Source of the DNA: a virus
DNA: 64,000 bases
Virus record (IMG/VR): IMGVR_UViG_3300020582_000006
Span: 1 to 64,000 of that record
Strand: one strand, 5' to 3'
Part shown: piece after piece, positions 9,537 to 19,391 of the stretch
How the letters are laid out: every line of letters begins with the position of its first letter
How positions within the stretch are numbered: the first letter of the stretch is position 1
Notes under the pieces: generated by a model
Seen by the model: the letters and a program-made list of their open reading frames with translations, nothing else
Told to the model about the DNA's origin: nothing
Database searches by the model: none
Made by a program: the position numbers and the translations under genes

Positions 9537-9992
9537 ATGGCACACACACAGGACGTCGAGATCGAAGGCCGCGATCTCGAAGGCAACTTCGTCAAGCGCA
9601 AATTCCGCATCGGCCTCATGCGGGCCGATATCGGCTCGTGGTGCCTGTCGATCTTCATCAGTAAACAAATGGCCGATGAATCCAATTACATTAAAGCCCA
9701 GGGCTACGGCTTCGATGTCTGCTATCTGATCAAAGAACAGGCCAACAATACGCCGATCAAAATCTATGAGATGGGCGGGCGAGGCTGGCTGATCCCGGAC
9801 CTGGCTTATGACGCCGGTACCGCCTATGTGCTCTGGGACAAAGTGCTCGAATTCAACTTCGGCCCTTTTTTTCAGAGAGCCGACGAAGAGCGGAAGCGCA
9901 AGCTGCTGGCCGAGGCTTCCACAAACGGGAACTCGGATACGGTCCAGCCCCTTTCCCCGGCGATCTCGACCACTATCTCTGGCGGCCTGTAA
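9537..9992 (+). CDS. Tail assembly chaperone (gpG-like)
   Basis: Between tube and tape measure genes; LEFNFGPFF with slippery site. Confidence 0.8.
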   Translation: MAHTQDVEIEGRDLEGNFVKRKFRIGLMRADIGSWCLSIFISKQMADESNYIKAQGYGFDVCYLIKEQANNTPIKIYEMGGRGWLIPDLAYDAGTAYVLWDKVLEFNFGPFFQRADEERKRKLLAEASTNGNSDTVQPLSPAISTTISGGL

Positions 9993-10132
9993 CAGCCGGT
10001 TACTGGCGGCAGCATGAAACCTTCGACGGCACTTACAACGTGCACGATCTGGTAGCCATCAACCGCGTGCTCGACGTGATCGACGAAAACAGGGCGCGCT
10101 ACCACGAAGCCGTTGCACAAGCCCGCAGATAA
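9863..10132 (+). CDS. -1 frameshift extension of the tail chaperone (gpGT-like)
   Basis: Slippery CCCTTTTTTT at 9863-9872; the -1 frame stays open to TAA 10130-10132 and encodes YLWRPV...FDGTYNVHDL...NRVLDVIDEN. Confidence 0.85.
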   Translation, partial: PFFSESRRRAEAQAAGRGFHKRELGYGPAPFPGDLDHYLWRPVTAGYWRQHETFDGTYNVHDLVAINRVLDVIDENRARYHEAVAQARR

Positions 10133-10134
10133 GC

Positions 10135-11931
10135 ATGGACAATATCCTCGAATCCTATCTCGTCAAACTCGGTTTCTCGCCCGACATCTCATCCCTGAAT
10201 GCCTTTCAGAATGCGCTGAAGCAGGCTGAGACCGCGGTCGAGCATTATTCGAGCGGGATGCTCAAATCGCTGCTGGGCACGCAGACAGCGATTGTGTCCG
10301 GTTTCGCCTCCGTATCCGCGGCCATCGTGAGCACGGTCGACAAAATGGCGATGGCCGATCAAAGCTATCGCCTGGCCGGCCTGCACATGAACATAACCGC
10401 GGAATCCGCGCGGAAGCTGACCATGATCACCAACGCGCTCGGCGCGTCGATTGAAGAGATCACCTGGGATCCGGAGCTGCACGGCCGGATGCTCGTCATG
10501 AACCAGGACCTCGACAAGCTGGGCCGGCAGCTGGGCCCCGACTTCGAGCCCAACATGAGACGGCTGCGGGATATGCGGGCTGAGTTCGGACGCATCGGCT
10601 ACAGCGTGCAGTTTCTCGGGATGCAGTTCGCGACCTCGATCTTCAAAGAGATGGGCCTCGACTTCGATACGGCTCAGGCGAAACTGCACAAATGGATTGA
10701 CGATTTTCAGGCGAACCTTCCGACTCTCGGGCGTGAGCTGGCGACCTTTCTGCTGCCGGTCCTCAAAGACACGTGGGGAATGTTCCTCAATATCGGCGAG
10801 GCTGCCAAAGAATTCGGCGTCACGTTCACCAATGTGGTCGGGATGCTGTCCGGCGACGAATCCATTCAGGGCACCGAATTCAGCGTCAACAAGCTGGCGA
10901 TCGCTTTCCACGACGTCATCGGCTGGGCCAACGATTTCGTCACCACGATGACGAACGTCGAGAAGACTGTCGGTCACTTCGCCGTCGGCATGTCGCTCCT
11001 CGGAGATAAGAAGTATGCCGCTGCGGGCCATGAATTCGCGGAGGCATTCAAGGACCATCCGGTCATCTCCGGCATCATTACAGGCGCTGTGGCCGGCAGC
11101 GTCGTTCCCGGTTTAGGGACCGTCGCCGGCGCCATAGTGGGCGGCATCGGCGGAGTGGCGTATGACGCGATGCATCCGGATAACACGACAGCCGTCGATT
11201 TCATCAAGTCGCTGCCTGCGCTTTCACAGAAAAACGACACCGGCACCGATTCCGGTTTCTTCGGCGCTGGTGAGGTGGGCGAACACGCGCGTCATAGAAT
11301 CTCGGCGCTGATAACAGGGCGACCGCAGCCCACGTTCGGCAACACCGATTCCATCCATGACCAGATCGTAGCGGAGGCGACAAAAGCCGGCGTCGATCCT
11401 CATCTGGCGCTGGCGCTGGTCAATCAGGAATCGGGCTTCGATCCGACGGCCCTCTCCGCCTCTGGCGCGATGGGCCTGTTCCAGCTGATGCCCGCGACGG
11501 CGAAACACATGGGAGTGACCGATCCCTTCGATGTCGAGCAGAACATACGCGGCGGAATCGGCTATCTCGAGGAACAGCTGAAAGCTTTCCATGGCGATCG
11601 CGCTCTCGCGCTGGCGGCTTACAACGCAGGCCCGGGCAACGTGCACAAGTATGGCGATACCATCCCGCCGTTTCCGGAGACGCAGAGCTATGTCGCGCGG
11701 ATCCTCGCCGGCACGGACGGGGCCGACGTTGCGGCGAATCCGGCCGCGCAGCCGGTCGCAGCGGCTCCGGAAACCCCGTATCACATCGAGGTCCATTTCG
11801 GCGACATCAATATCAACGGCTCGGGTTTGAACGAACATCAGACCCGCCGCGCGGTCGCCGGCGCGGCGCAGGATCTTCTCGACTTGCAGAACCTTCACGA
11901 TCAGGTGCAGCTGTCACCTGCGCTTCACTAA
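10135..11931 (+). CDS. Tape measure protein with lytic transglycosylase (SLT) domain
   Basis: YLVKLGF N-terminus, helical body, QESGF/GAMGLFQLMP/AAYNAGPG SLT motifs. Confidence 0.9.
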   Translation: MDNILESYLVKLGFSPDISSLNAFQNALKQAETAVEHYSSGMLKSLLGTQTAIVSGFASVSAAIVSTVDKMAMADQSYRLAGLHMNITAESARKLTMITNALGASIEEITWDPELHGRMLVMNQDLDKLGRQLGPDFEPNMRRLRDMRAEFGRIGYSVQFLGMQFATSIFKEMGLDFDTAQAKLHKWIDDFQANLPTLGRELATFLLPVLKDTWGMFLNIGEAAKEFGVTFTNVVGMLSGDESIQGTEFSVNKLAIAFHDVIGWANDFVTTMTNVEKTVGHFAVGMSLLGDKKYAAAGHEFAEAFKDHPVISGIITGAVAGSVVPGLGTVAGAIVGGIGGVAYDAMHPDNTTAVDFIKSLPALSQKNDTGTDSGFFGAGEVGEHARHRISALITGRPQPTFGNTDSIHDQIVAEATKAGVDPHLALALVNQESGFDPTALSASGAMGLFQLMPATAKHMGVTDPFDVEQNIRGGIGYLEEQLKAFHGDRALALAAYNAGPGNVHKYGDTIPPFPETQSYVARILAGTDGADVAANPAAQPVAAAPETPYHIEVHFGDININGSGLNEHQTRRAVAGAAQDLLDLQNLHDQVQLSPALH

Positions 11932-11932
11932 C

Positions 11933-12817
11933 ATGGGCGACAGTCTTATTCCTCTCCCGCTGACAGGCGTCAGCGGCTCGACGCAGGCTGCGCAAACGCT
12001 GAACGCCATGTGGCGTCCGCCGCAATGGACTCAGGGCGTGGGCGCCACCCTGACTATTACCGCCGTTCAACCCACGTCAGGGCAAACACCGCCCAACCCT
12101 GCAACGATTCCGGCCACCGCGGGCAACGCGACCGCGCAGCAGACAACGGTCATGTACGTGGTCGATGGCACGATCCGCGCGGATCACCAGCAGGAGATGG
12201 TCATCACCACCAATCCGGTGCAGACCGGCGCGCCGCTGAGCGATCACACGTACCTGATGCCGGCGCGCCTGACGGTCGATGTCGCGATGTCGGACGCGAT
12301 GCAGTCCTACGTGGTCGGGCAGTTCTCCGGATCCGGATCGCGCAGCGTGGCCGCTTATCAGGTCCTGCTCGGTCTGCAGGTCTCGCGTGCCGTGCTGCAG
12401 GTGTCCACGCGGCTGATGCAGTACTCGAACATGATGATCGTCGATCTCGCGCCGGAAGAAACGGTCGAGACGCGCTTCGGTCTGAGATGCCGGGTAACGT
12501 TCCAGCAGATCATCACGGCGAACGTCCAGACCGATACTTACACCCAATTCGACCCCAGCCGCTACACGCTCTATAACCCTCAATTTCCCTCTGTCACGCC
12601 GTTGAGCGCGCGGCCGCAGACGACGGACCTGTCTCAATACGGATCGACCATGACACAGCCGGTCTCGGGCGCGATTACACAGCAGCACAGCGCCGATCTG
12701 ATCCCATCCAGCGCCGCGCTCGCTCAGGCCCAGCAGGTCGACGGCGGCGGCGACTGGTCTTCGACTAACATCGCGCAGTTTTCCGCCAGCCGGTTTTCGC
12801 TGACTCCTCTTTCATAA
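11933..12817 (+). CDS. Baseplate / tail tube initiator protein
   Basis: ITTNPVQTGAPLSDH and VSTRLMQYSNMMI motifs. Confidence 0.75.
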   Translation: MGDSLIPLPLTGVSGSTQAAQTLNAMWRPPQWTQGVGATLTITAVQPTSGQTPPNPATIPATAGNATAQQTTVMYVVDGTIRADHQQEMVITTNPVQTGAPLSDHTYLMPARLTVDVAMSDAMQSYVVGQFSGSGSRSVAAYQVLLGLQVSRAVLQVSTRLMQYSNMMIVDLAPEETVETRFGLRCRVTFQQIITANVQTDTYTQFDPSRYTLYNPQFPSVTPLSARPQTTDLSQYGSTMTQPVSGAITQQHSADLIPSSAALAQAQQVDGGGDWSSTNIAQFSASRFSLTPLS

Positions 12818-12832
12818 GGTTTTGGATTTTGA

Positions 12833-13867
12833 GTGTCCCAATTCATCAGCCTGAACAGCAGTCCCAATCAGCAGCTGTCTGTCGCCCTCAGTATCAACGG
12901 CGGAACCGTGACGCTCCAGCTGGCCGTCCGCTTCAACGAGATGGCCGGTTACTGGGTCATGTCGATTGCGGATCCGCAGGGCGTTCCGCTCATCTCGACG
13001 ATTCCGCTGGTGACGGGAACTTACCCGGCCGCCAACCTTCTCCTGCCTTACCAGTACATGAACATAGGGTCCGCCTATGTGATCAACATCAGCGGCGTGA
13101 CCTCGCCCGACTATCCGAACGCGAACAATCTCGGCACTGATTTTCAGGTCCTCTGGGACGACAACACCGATTACATCGCCACCTGCGCCGGCACTTCACC
13201 AGGAGCAATTCTCAAACCCATGGCTGGATTCACAACTTCATGCGTCGGACCGCAAGGCCCGCCCGGACCGCAAGGCCTGCCGGGAATGGGCGCGGCCAAT
13301 GGCGGCTTCGCTCTTCTCACTTCCGATCTAAGCAATAACATCCATCCGGACATCTCGCTCGGCCTGAGCATGGAGATTCAGCTGCAGGCCACAGCCACCA
13401 CGACCGGCAGCGCCCCAGCTAATTCGCCTGCTCTGACGGTAGCGAACGGCGCAGGGATTCAGGTCGGCAATCTGGTCTCGGGGCTGAATATCCCGCCCGG
13501 GACCACGATCATCGCGGGCAGCGGCACGTCCTGGACGATGTCGGCAAATACCACCGCCGCGATCCCGGCCGCGACGCCGCTCATCTTCGATCAGCAGCTC
13601 ACCGTGCAGCCGCCTGTCTGGACGAATAACTTCCTCGTGCCGGGCATGATGTTCAACCTGCTGCAGAAGCAGGACGCGCTCGGCAATCACCCGAACCCCA
13701 TCTTCGTGACGGTCGCGACCGGCGGACCGGCGACAGGCAGTTATGCCGTCGACGCCAACCAGAAATATCCGGGCACCGCGGGCGGCACATGGACGATCTT
13801 CACGTTCTTTTATACCGGCGTCGCGTGGATCGTGATCAATTTCTGGACCAACATCGCCTCGCAGTAA
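12833..13867 (+). CDS. Baseplate protein with collagen-like linker and extra C-terminal domains
   Basis: N-terminal RFNEMAGYWVMSI...IPLVTG...NLLLPYQYMNIG; GPQGPPGPQG linker. Confidence 0.7.
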   Translation: MSQFISLNSSPNQQLSVALSINGGTVTLQLAVRFNEMAGYWVMSIADPQGVPLISTIPLVTGTYPAANLLLPYQYMNIGSAYVINISGVTSPDYPNANNLGTDFQVLWDDNTDYIATCAGTSPGAILKPMAGFTTSCVGPQGPPGPQGLPGMGAANGGFALLTSDLSNNIHPDISLGLSMEIQLQATATTTGSAPANSPALTVANGAGIQVGNLVSGLNIPPGTTIIAGSGTSWTMSANTTAAIPAATPLIFDQQLTVQPPVWTNNFLVPGMMFNLLQKQDALGNHPNPIFVTVATGGPATGSYAVDANQKYPGTAGGTWTIFTFFYTGVAWIVINFWTNIASQ

Positions 13868-13901
13868 AACTCAAACCCTTGACTCAGGAGTGAACTGAAA
13901 G

Positions 13902-16900
13902 ATGAAAGCTGTCCTCATCGGATTGCTCGCCTGCCTTGCTGTTTACGGGCAGTCGGCCAATGGCGTTACCTTCGTGCAGCCTGTGATTACTCCGTCACCC
14001 GCGCCGGCGCCCACGCCGGGAGGCACCACTGCGCCCCCGCTCAACGTCAATCAGAAACTGGCGCAAGCCCTCAACATGCAGGACTTCGATTCAGCCCCGA
14101 CCTTATCCTGCACATCGGTCTCGCACGACGACGGTCCGGCGCTGCAGCGGGCGATTAACTATGCGGCACAGGTGGGCGCTCCCGGCGAACCATCGGGACC
14201 ACCAGACAGTCCGCCGCCGCCATCGGCTAACGGCACGTATGGCTTCGCGGGCGGCGTCGTCAGCATGCGAAACAGCAGCACGTGTTACGTCAATTCGATC
14301 CAGTCGCAGGTGAACGGAGTGATCCTGCCGCTCACTCCCTACGGTCTGAAGATCCAGGGCAACGGCAGTCATCTGATTCTCAATCCGGCGCTCAGTAGCA
14401 ACGTTCTGCTCTCAACCCCTCCGGACTACGCCGGCGGCGCTGGTTTCGACAGCGCGACCACGCCGGTCTATTTTTATACCGGGAACCTCCCGGCATATTC
14501 TTCGTCAATCCAGCTCGCCACGCCTTCCGACTGTGCGAACTTCAAGCCGAGTGACCCGATCTGGATTCGTGGCGGCTACGGCAAACAATCGGAAAACAAT
14601 GGGGAACTGAACCGGGTGAAGAGTTGCGATGCGACGGCCGGAATTCTTTACCCTTACTGGAATACGGCAAAGCCTTATATACCCGGTGGCAGCGCAACTC
14701 CCTGGACCCCTGGCGCGGCTCACACCGCGGGTCAGACCATTCGCGTGGGCCGGAACGTCTATACGGCGCTCAACAGCGGAACCTCCGGTACGACGACTCC
14801 TCTCTGGCGTTCAGGCGGAATCATGGGCGTGGGCGCCCCCGCGAATACCATTCCGCCGGCCCGCGTAGGCGACGGGGCGGGCGTCATCAACACCACAGGC
14901 ACGGCGATCTGCAGCACCAATCCGTGCACTTCCCAGATAACGATTACCGGTTCCACAGCGGGCATCGTCCCAGGCATGCTGGTCACCGGCAACTCCGGTC
15001 TGGATGCGGAGAGCGCGGGGAACAACGGAGTTCTGACTCCGCTCTGGACCGTCATGACCATCAGCGGTAGTGTCGTGACGCTGAACCAGCCGATCAATTT
15101 CTATGACGTATGCGATTTTGTGGGCGGTGTCTGTCAGCCCGCGCCGCTGCAGTTTTACCCGCCGGGAGCGGTGATCTGGTCGGATCAGGGCTATACCAAC
15201 ATAACGAACGCGTCCAAACAGGCTCTGCAGAACTTCGAAATCGACGATCTCAAGATGACCGTCTCGACCGAAGGGGGCGGCGTGATCGTTCTGTCTCAGA
15301 TGCTGGGAGTGATCTTCCGTAACGTGGAAATGGAAAATACGGTCGGCAACCAGTGGATGGTCGATGGCGCGAACCGGAATGTTCTTTTCGACCATGTGAA
15401 ATGGACTTCGCCGGTGAATCATGGCGCTGAGTCAGGGGCGGGCGGCCAGATCGCTTACAACACGGTCAACTTCGAAGTCAGAAACTCGGAATTCTTTACC
15501 CAGGGCTGGATTGACGATCCGATCTGGTGCGACGAGTACTCGGCCCAGGTGAACCTGCACGACAACCGTCTCGGCGGAAGTGCTTCCGTCGCCGCCACCA
15601 CGTTCTGTTTCGATTACACCGTTCACCATAATCAGATCGACATCGATGCGAGCGCCAGCACCACCGGCGGCGGCGCGATTTCGTTCGGCGGCTGCTGCGG
15701 TTCGATCAGCATCCCGAACATGACCATCGATGACAACGTGTTCAACATAGCCGTGAATCCCGCTGTGCCCAGCGCGGGCATGTATGTCGCGGGGACCAAT
15801 ATGAGGTTTCACCACAACACGATCAATTACACCGGCGGCTATGTTCCGATAGATCTCACCGGCGCCGGGGGCGATTTCAGCGACAACATCGTCAATTCGG
15901 ACGGTCCCGTGGGCGTGTACATGGGTTCTTTCGCGCCGAACTGGACACTGACCAATAACATCGTCACCCGCACCAATGCGATTACAGCGGTGGGTCTGTC
16001 AGTTCTCAATTCGAACTCAGTCGCCGTTTCCAGCGTTCAGAACGGCACAATCGTGGCCGGAATGTTCGTGGCCGGTTTCGGCATTCCACCGGGCACCTTC
16101 GTCGGGCCGAGTCCGGGATCGAGCATAACGCTCGTCGACTCGACGGGCGCGTCGGTGAATAATTACGCCGCACTGAGTCTGACGCCGCTTGTCTTCGGCC
16201 TCGCGGGCGATCAGATGTTCGATAACAATAACGGCTTTGAATTCATTGCAAATGCCGTCGTAGTCGGTTCCGGTCCGACGATTACGGGTAACACGATCGC
16301 CAATTTCAAGAACGGCATTTTCTTCGAGATGAACGGGGCCGACTTCCCGAACAGGGTCATCGGCATCAACAATTTCAACAATACGAGCCAGGCTTTAAAC
16401 GCAGGCGTGGTCAACCCGATGACCTATGGGCCTTTGAGTTCGATCAATTTCAACGCGCCGTTCAATCCCCATTTCTCCTATCAGTTCTATGGACGCACGC
16501 ACCTGTGGGCTTTTGGGCCGCAGTTGCCTACCAATCCGCTCGGGATCAATCCGAATACAGGCGCTCCTGTTGACAACAGTGAATCGCTGAGCCTCGACAG
16601 CAGCAGCTTTAACACCCTGGGCATTCACTCGGGCGTCGAGACCAACCTGGTGATCCGGTTCAGCACGCCGGGCTATCAGACCACGATCGCGCAGGGCTCA
16701 TTGGCTCCGGCCTCTGCCGGTGGTCTGGCTTTCGGCACGATGACGCTCGGTTCTCCCAACAGCACGCAGGCGAACCGGTTCGGGATCTCGTCTCTGGGCG
16801 TCCAGGTACTGAGCGGCGGCACTTATATGTCGAACGACGGATCGTCCGGCGCTACCGACACCGTAAGCACGGGCAGCGGCACCTCACTTTGCACGCTTAC

Positions 16901-17051
16901 CTTCAAAAGCGGACTTTTCGTCGGGGCGGCAGGAGCCGGTTGCGCGATCACTGTATTCACACAGAATCCCACCGGCGCAGTCTTCAATTCGCCCACTGTG
17001 CCGCCGGTGCAATTGCCTGTCACCAGCGTCAGTTCACCCGGTCAGCAATGA
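13902..17051 (+). CDS. Large pectin-lyase-like (beta-helix) tailspike-type protein with a signal-peptide-like N-terminus
   Basis: DDGPALQRAINYA motif, Asn/Ile-rich beta-helix repeats; starts MKAVLIGLLACLAVYGQ. Confidence 0.7.
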   Translation: MKAVLIGLLACLAVYGQSANGVTFVQPVITPSPAPAPTPGGTTAPPLNVNQKLAQALNMQDFDSAPTLSCTSVSHDDGPALQRAINYAAQVGAPGEPSGPPDSPPPPSANGTYGFAGGVVSMRNSSTCYVNSIQSQVNGVILPLTPYGLKIQGNGSHLILNPALSSNVLLSTPPDYAGGAGFDSATTPVYFYTGNLPAYSSSIQLATPSDCANFKPSDPIWIRGGYGKQSENNGELNRVKSCDATAGILYPYWNTAKPYIPGGSATPWTPGAAHTAGQTIRVGRNVYTALNSGTSGTTTPLWRSGGIMGVGAPANTIPPARVGDGAGVINTTGTAICSTNPCTSQITITGSTAGIVPGMLVTGNSGLDAESAGNNGVLTPLWTVMTISGSVVTLNQPINFYDVCDFVGGVCQPAPLQFYPPGAVIWSDQGYTNITNASKQALQNFEIDDLKMTVSTEGGGVIVLSQMLGVIFRNVEMENTVGNQWMVDGANRNVLFDHVKWTSPVNHGAESGAGGQIAYNTVNFEVRNSEFFTQGWIDDPIWCDEYSAQVNLHDNRLGGSASVAATTFCFDYTVHHNQIDIDASASTTGGGAISFGGCCGSISIPNMTIDDNVFNIAVNPAVPSAGMYVAGTNMRFHHNTINYTGGYVPIDLTGAGGDFSDNIVNSDGPVGVYMGSFAPNWTLTNNIVTRTNAITAVGLSVLNSNSVAVSSVQNGTIVAGMFVAGFGIPPGTFVGPSPGSSITLVDSTGASVNNYAALSLTPLVFGLAGDQMFDNNNGFEFIANAVVVGSGPTITGNTIANFKNGIFFEMNGADFPNRVIGINNFNNTSQALNAGVVNPMTYGPLSSINFNAPFNPHFSYQFYGRTHLWAFGPQLPTNPLGINPNTGAPVDNSESLSLDSSSFNTLGIHSGVETNLVIRFSTPGYQTTIAQGSLAPASAGGLAFGTMTLGSPNSTQANRFGISSLGVQVLSGGTYMSNDGSSGATDTVSTGSGTSLCTLTFKSGLFVGAAGAGCAITVFTQNPTGAVFNSPTVPPVQLPVTSVSSPGQQ

Positions 17052-18160
17052 CTCCGCAGCAACAGCAATTCAGGCCGTACTTCGGGCGCGCGTGGCAGTT
17101 CAAGCTGACCACGGGCACGGGCACGGTGACCCTGTCGAGCAATCCTTCCGGCGAGAGCCTGCGAGCCTCTTTCAAGGTCTCGACCCAGCTGATGGCCGCT
17201 TACTCTGCCGGTGAGCTGACGATCTGGAACCTGAATCCTCAGACCGCGGCCAGCGCGGTCGCATCGGGTTCTGTGCCGACCAGTCAGCTCTGGCAGTTCT
17301 ATACGAGGGTGCAACGCGGCGACACCGTAGTGATCAGCGCCGGTTACCGGCAAACGTCGGCAGGCGCGTTCTCGCCTGAAGCCAATGTCATTTACGTCGG
17401 CAACGTGCTGCAGCCGATCTGGACGCGCGAATCGGTGGTCGACTGGAGGCTGACGCTGCGCTGCACCTTCGGCTTCCTCGGCGATGCCCTGAATTACGCC
17501 AATGTCTCGCTGCCCTCGAACGTCAGTTACTTCCACGCCGTGCAGCAAATTATGGACAAGAGCGGTCTTACGGCGCAGAACGAGACATCCATCGATCAGG
17601 CCGGTCTCTCCTCAATCCTGTTTCCGCGGGCGCAGGTGCACTTTGGCCGTCCTTACGATTTGCTGGCTGAGATCGCCCGGGACAATAACATGCTGTTCTG
17701 GGTCTCGCCGCACGGCGGCGGCGGCGGCGTGAACCTGCGCCAGGTCAATTTCGATCCCAACACCGCTCCCGATTGGGCTTATAGTCCGCCCGGTGTGCAA
17801 GCCACCATGCCGAATGGCGTTGTCAGCAACGTCATCAAGCAGACTATTATCGGCACGCCGGAACAAACGCAGGATGGACTCGATTTCCGGGTCGAGATGG
17901 ACGCGCAGCCGCTCATCGGCGACACGGTCGGGCTGGCTCCGGGGACTCTGGTCAACCCCTTTCCGATCAGCCAGGGAGTCACGAAGACCGCGGCATTGAA
18001 TCCGATCCCGAACAGAGCCGGTGTCTATCTCATCATCGGGCTGAGCTATGTCGGGGACACGCGCGGCCAGGACTGGTACACGGAAATTCACGCGGTCACT
18101 TCCAATTTCTGGGCGCAAATCGTCGAGAACGATAAATCAGCACCGCCGGCAGCGAACTAA
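17048..18160 (+). CDS. Baseplate hub protein
   Basis: YFGRAW, ELTIWNLN, VISAGY and GDTRGQDWYTEI motifs; ATGA overlap. Confidence 0.8.
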   Translation: MTPQQQQFRPYFGRAWQFKLTTGTGTVTLSSNPSGESLRASFKVSTQLMAAYSAGELTIWNLNPQTAASAVASGSVPTSQLWQFYTRVQRGDTVVISAGYRQTSAGAFSPEANVIYVGNVLQPIWTRESVVDWRLTLRCTFGFLGDALNYANVSLPSNVSYFHAVQQIMDKSGLTAQNETSIDQAGLSSILFPRAQVHFGRPYDLLAEIARDNNMLFWVSPHGGGGGVNLRQVNFDPNTAPDWAYSPPGVQATMPNGVVSNVIKQTIIGTPEQTQDGLDFRVEMDAQPLIGDTVGLAPGTLVNPFPISQGVTKTAALNPIPNRAGVYLIIGLSYVGDTRGQDWYTEIHAVTSNFWAQIVENDKSAPPAAN

Positions 18161-18163
18161 CTC

Positions 18164-18952
18164 ATGGGCGACAATCCCGTCATTCCCGATTCGGGCACTC
18201 CCACTTTCACTGTTGACGTCACCGCGCAAGCCGATCAGGATCCCGGGCTTCCGATATCCCAGCGCATCCTGCGCTCGATCTCACGCTTCGATCAGCACGC
18301 GAAGAAGATCATGCAATCGCTGCGCGTGGCGATCCCGGCCATTGTCGAAGACTTTCAGCCCGGGCCGCCGGCGACAGTCTCGGTTCAGATCGCGATCAAA
18401 GAGCCGGTCCAGATGAACCTCAACGGGCCTGCCGGGCCGCCGATCGATGTCAAGGTCGTAAAGCTGGTGCCGGGACTGATTATCGAATCGATCCCGGTCG
18501 TTCTGCCCTCCGGAGGCGGCTGGTCGCTCACTCTGCCTATCGTGAAGGGCGATGAATGCCTGCTCGTCTTTGCTGACGCCTGTATCGATTCCTGGTGGCA
18601 GTCGGGAGGCGTACAGGCTCCGATCAGCTTCCGGCGCCACTCACTCTCGGACGCGATGGCGATCTTCGGCCTGCGCTCGACACCGACCGGCATCACCGGC
18701 TGGTCGACGGACTCGGCGCAGCTGCGCAATGACGATCAAAGCGTTGTCATCGATCTCGGTAACTCGGGCGACGTCTCGATCACCGCGTCCGGCGCGATCA
18801 ACATCAAAGCTTCCGGAAACCTGTCCGTCGAAGGTGAGACTGTAGCGATCAAGTCGACCGGCGGGCAGACGACGATCGACGGCAAACCGTTCCTGCCGCA
18901 CGCTCACTCGGGCGTGCAGTCTGGCGGGTCAACCACAGGACCGGTGGTCTGA
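18164..18952 (+). CDS. Baseplate central spike (Gp138-like)
   Basis: PIVKGDECLLVFADACIDSWW, RRHSLSDA and C-terminal HAHSGV metal-binding tip. Confidence 0.9.
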   Translation: MGDNPVIPDSGTPTFTVDVTAQADQDPGLPISQRILRSISRFDQHAKKIMQSLRVAIPAIVEDFQPGPPATVSVQIAIKEPVQMNLNGPAGPPIDVKVVKLVPGLIIESIPVVLPSGGGWSLTLPIVKGDECLLVFADACIDSWWQSGGVQAPISFRRHSLSDAMAIFGLRSTPTGITGWSTDSAQLRNDDQSVVIDLGNSGDVSITASGAINIKASGNLSVEGETVAIKSTGGQTTIDGKPFLPHAHSGVQSGGSTTGPVV

Positions 18953-19380
18953 TGCCTTCGATTCAGGTACGCGCGTTGCAGAATGGCGATCCCGGCCGGG
19001 GCCAGTCTCTCGCCAACTTCATCTATGACATCGAAGCGGTCGCCCAGATCATCGGGACCACGCTCAAGCTGCTGCAGGGCGAGTGGTGGGAGTCGCTCAA
19101 CACCGGCACGCCGGTCTTTCAGTCGATCCTCGGCGTTCCCAACACCACCGATGGCGTCGGCCTCATTCTGAGGCAGCGCATTCTGAGTGTTCCCTTTGTG
19201 ATCGGGGTCCAGAATCTGGTGGTCACCTATGGCCCGTCGACGCGGCATTACACGTTCTCGTGCAGCGTGATCACGGCTTTCGGCACCATCGGCGTCAGCG
19301 GCACTCCGGGCAATCAGGCCGTCATCAACCAGCAAAGCAGTGCGCTCGCGGTCTCACCTGCCCGCGCGCGCCGCCGCTGA
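18952..19380 (+). CDS. Baseplate wedge subunit (gp25/gpW-like)
   Basis: LKLLQGEWWESLNTGTP motif. Confidence 0.8.
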   Translation: MPSIQVRALQNGDPGRGQSLANFIYDIEAVAQIIGTTLKLLQGEWWESLNTGTPVFQSILGVPNTTDGVGLILRQRILSVPFVIGVQNLVVTYGPSTRHYTFSCSVITAFGTIGVSGTPGNQAVINQQSSALAVSPARARRR

Positions 19381-19391
19381 AAGCAAGAAAT

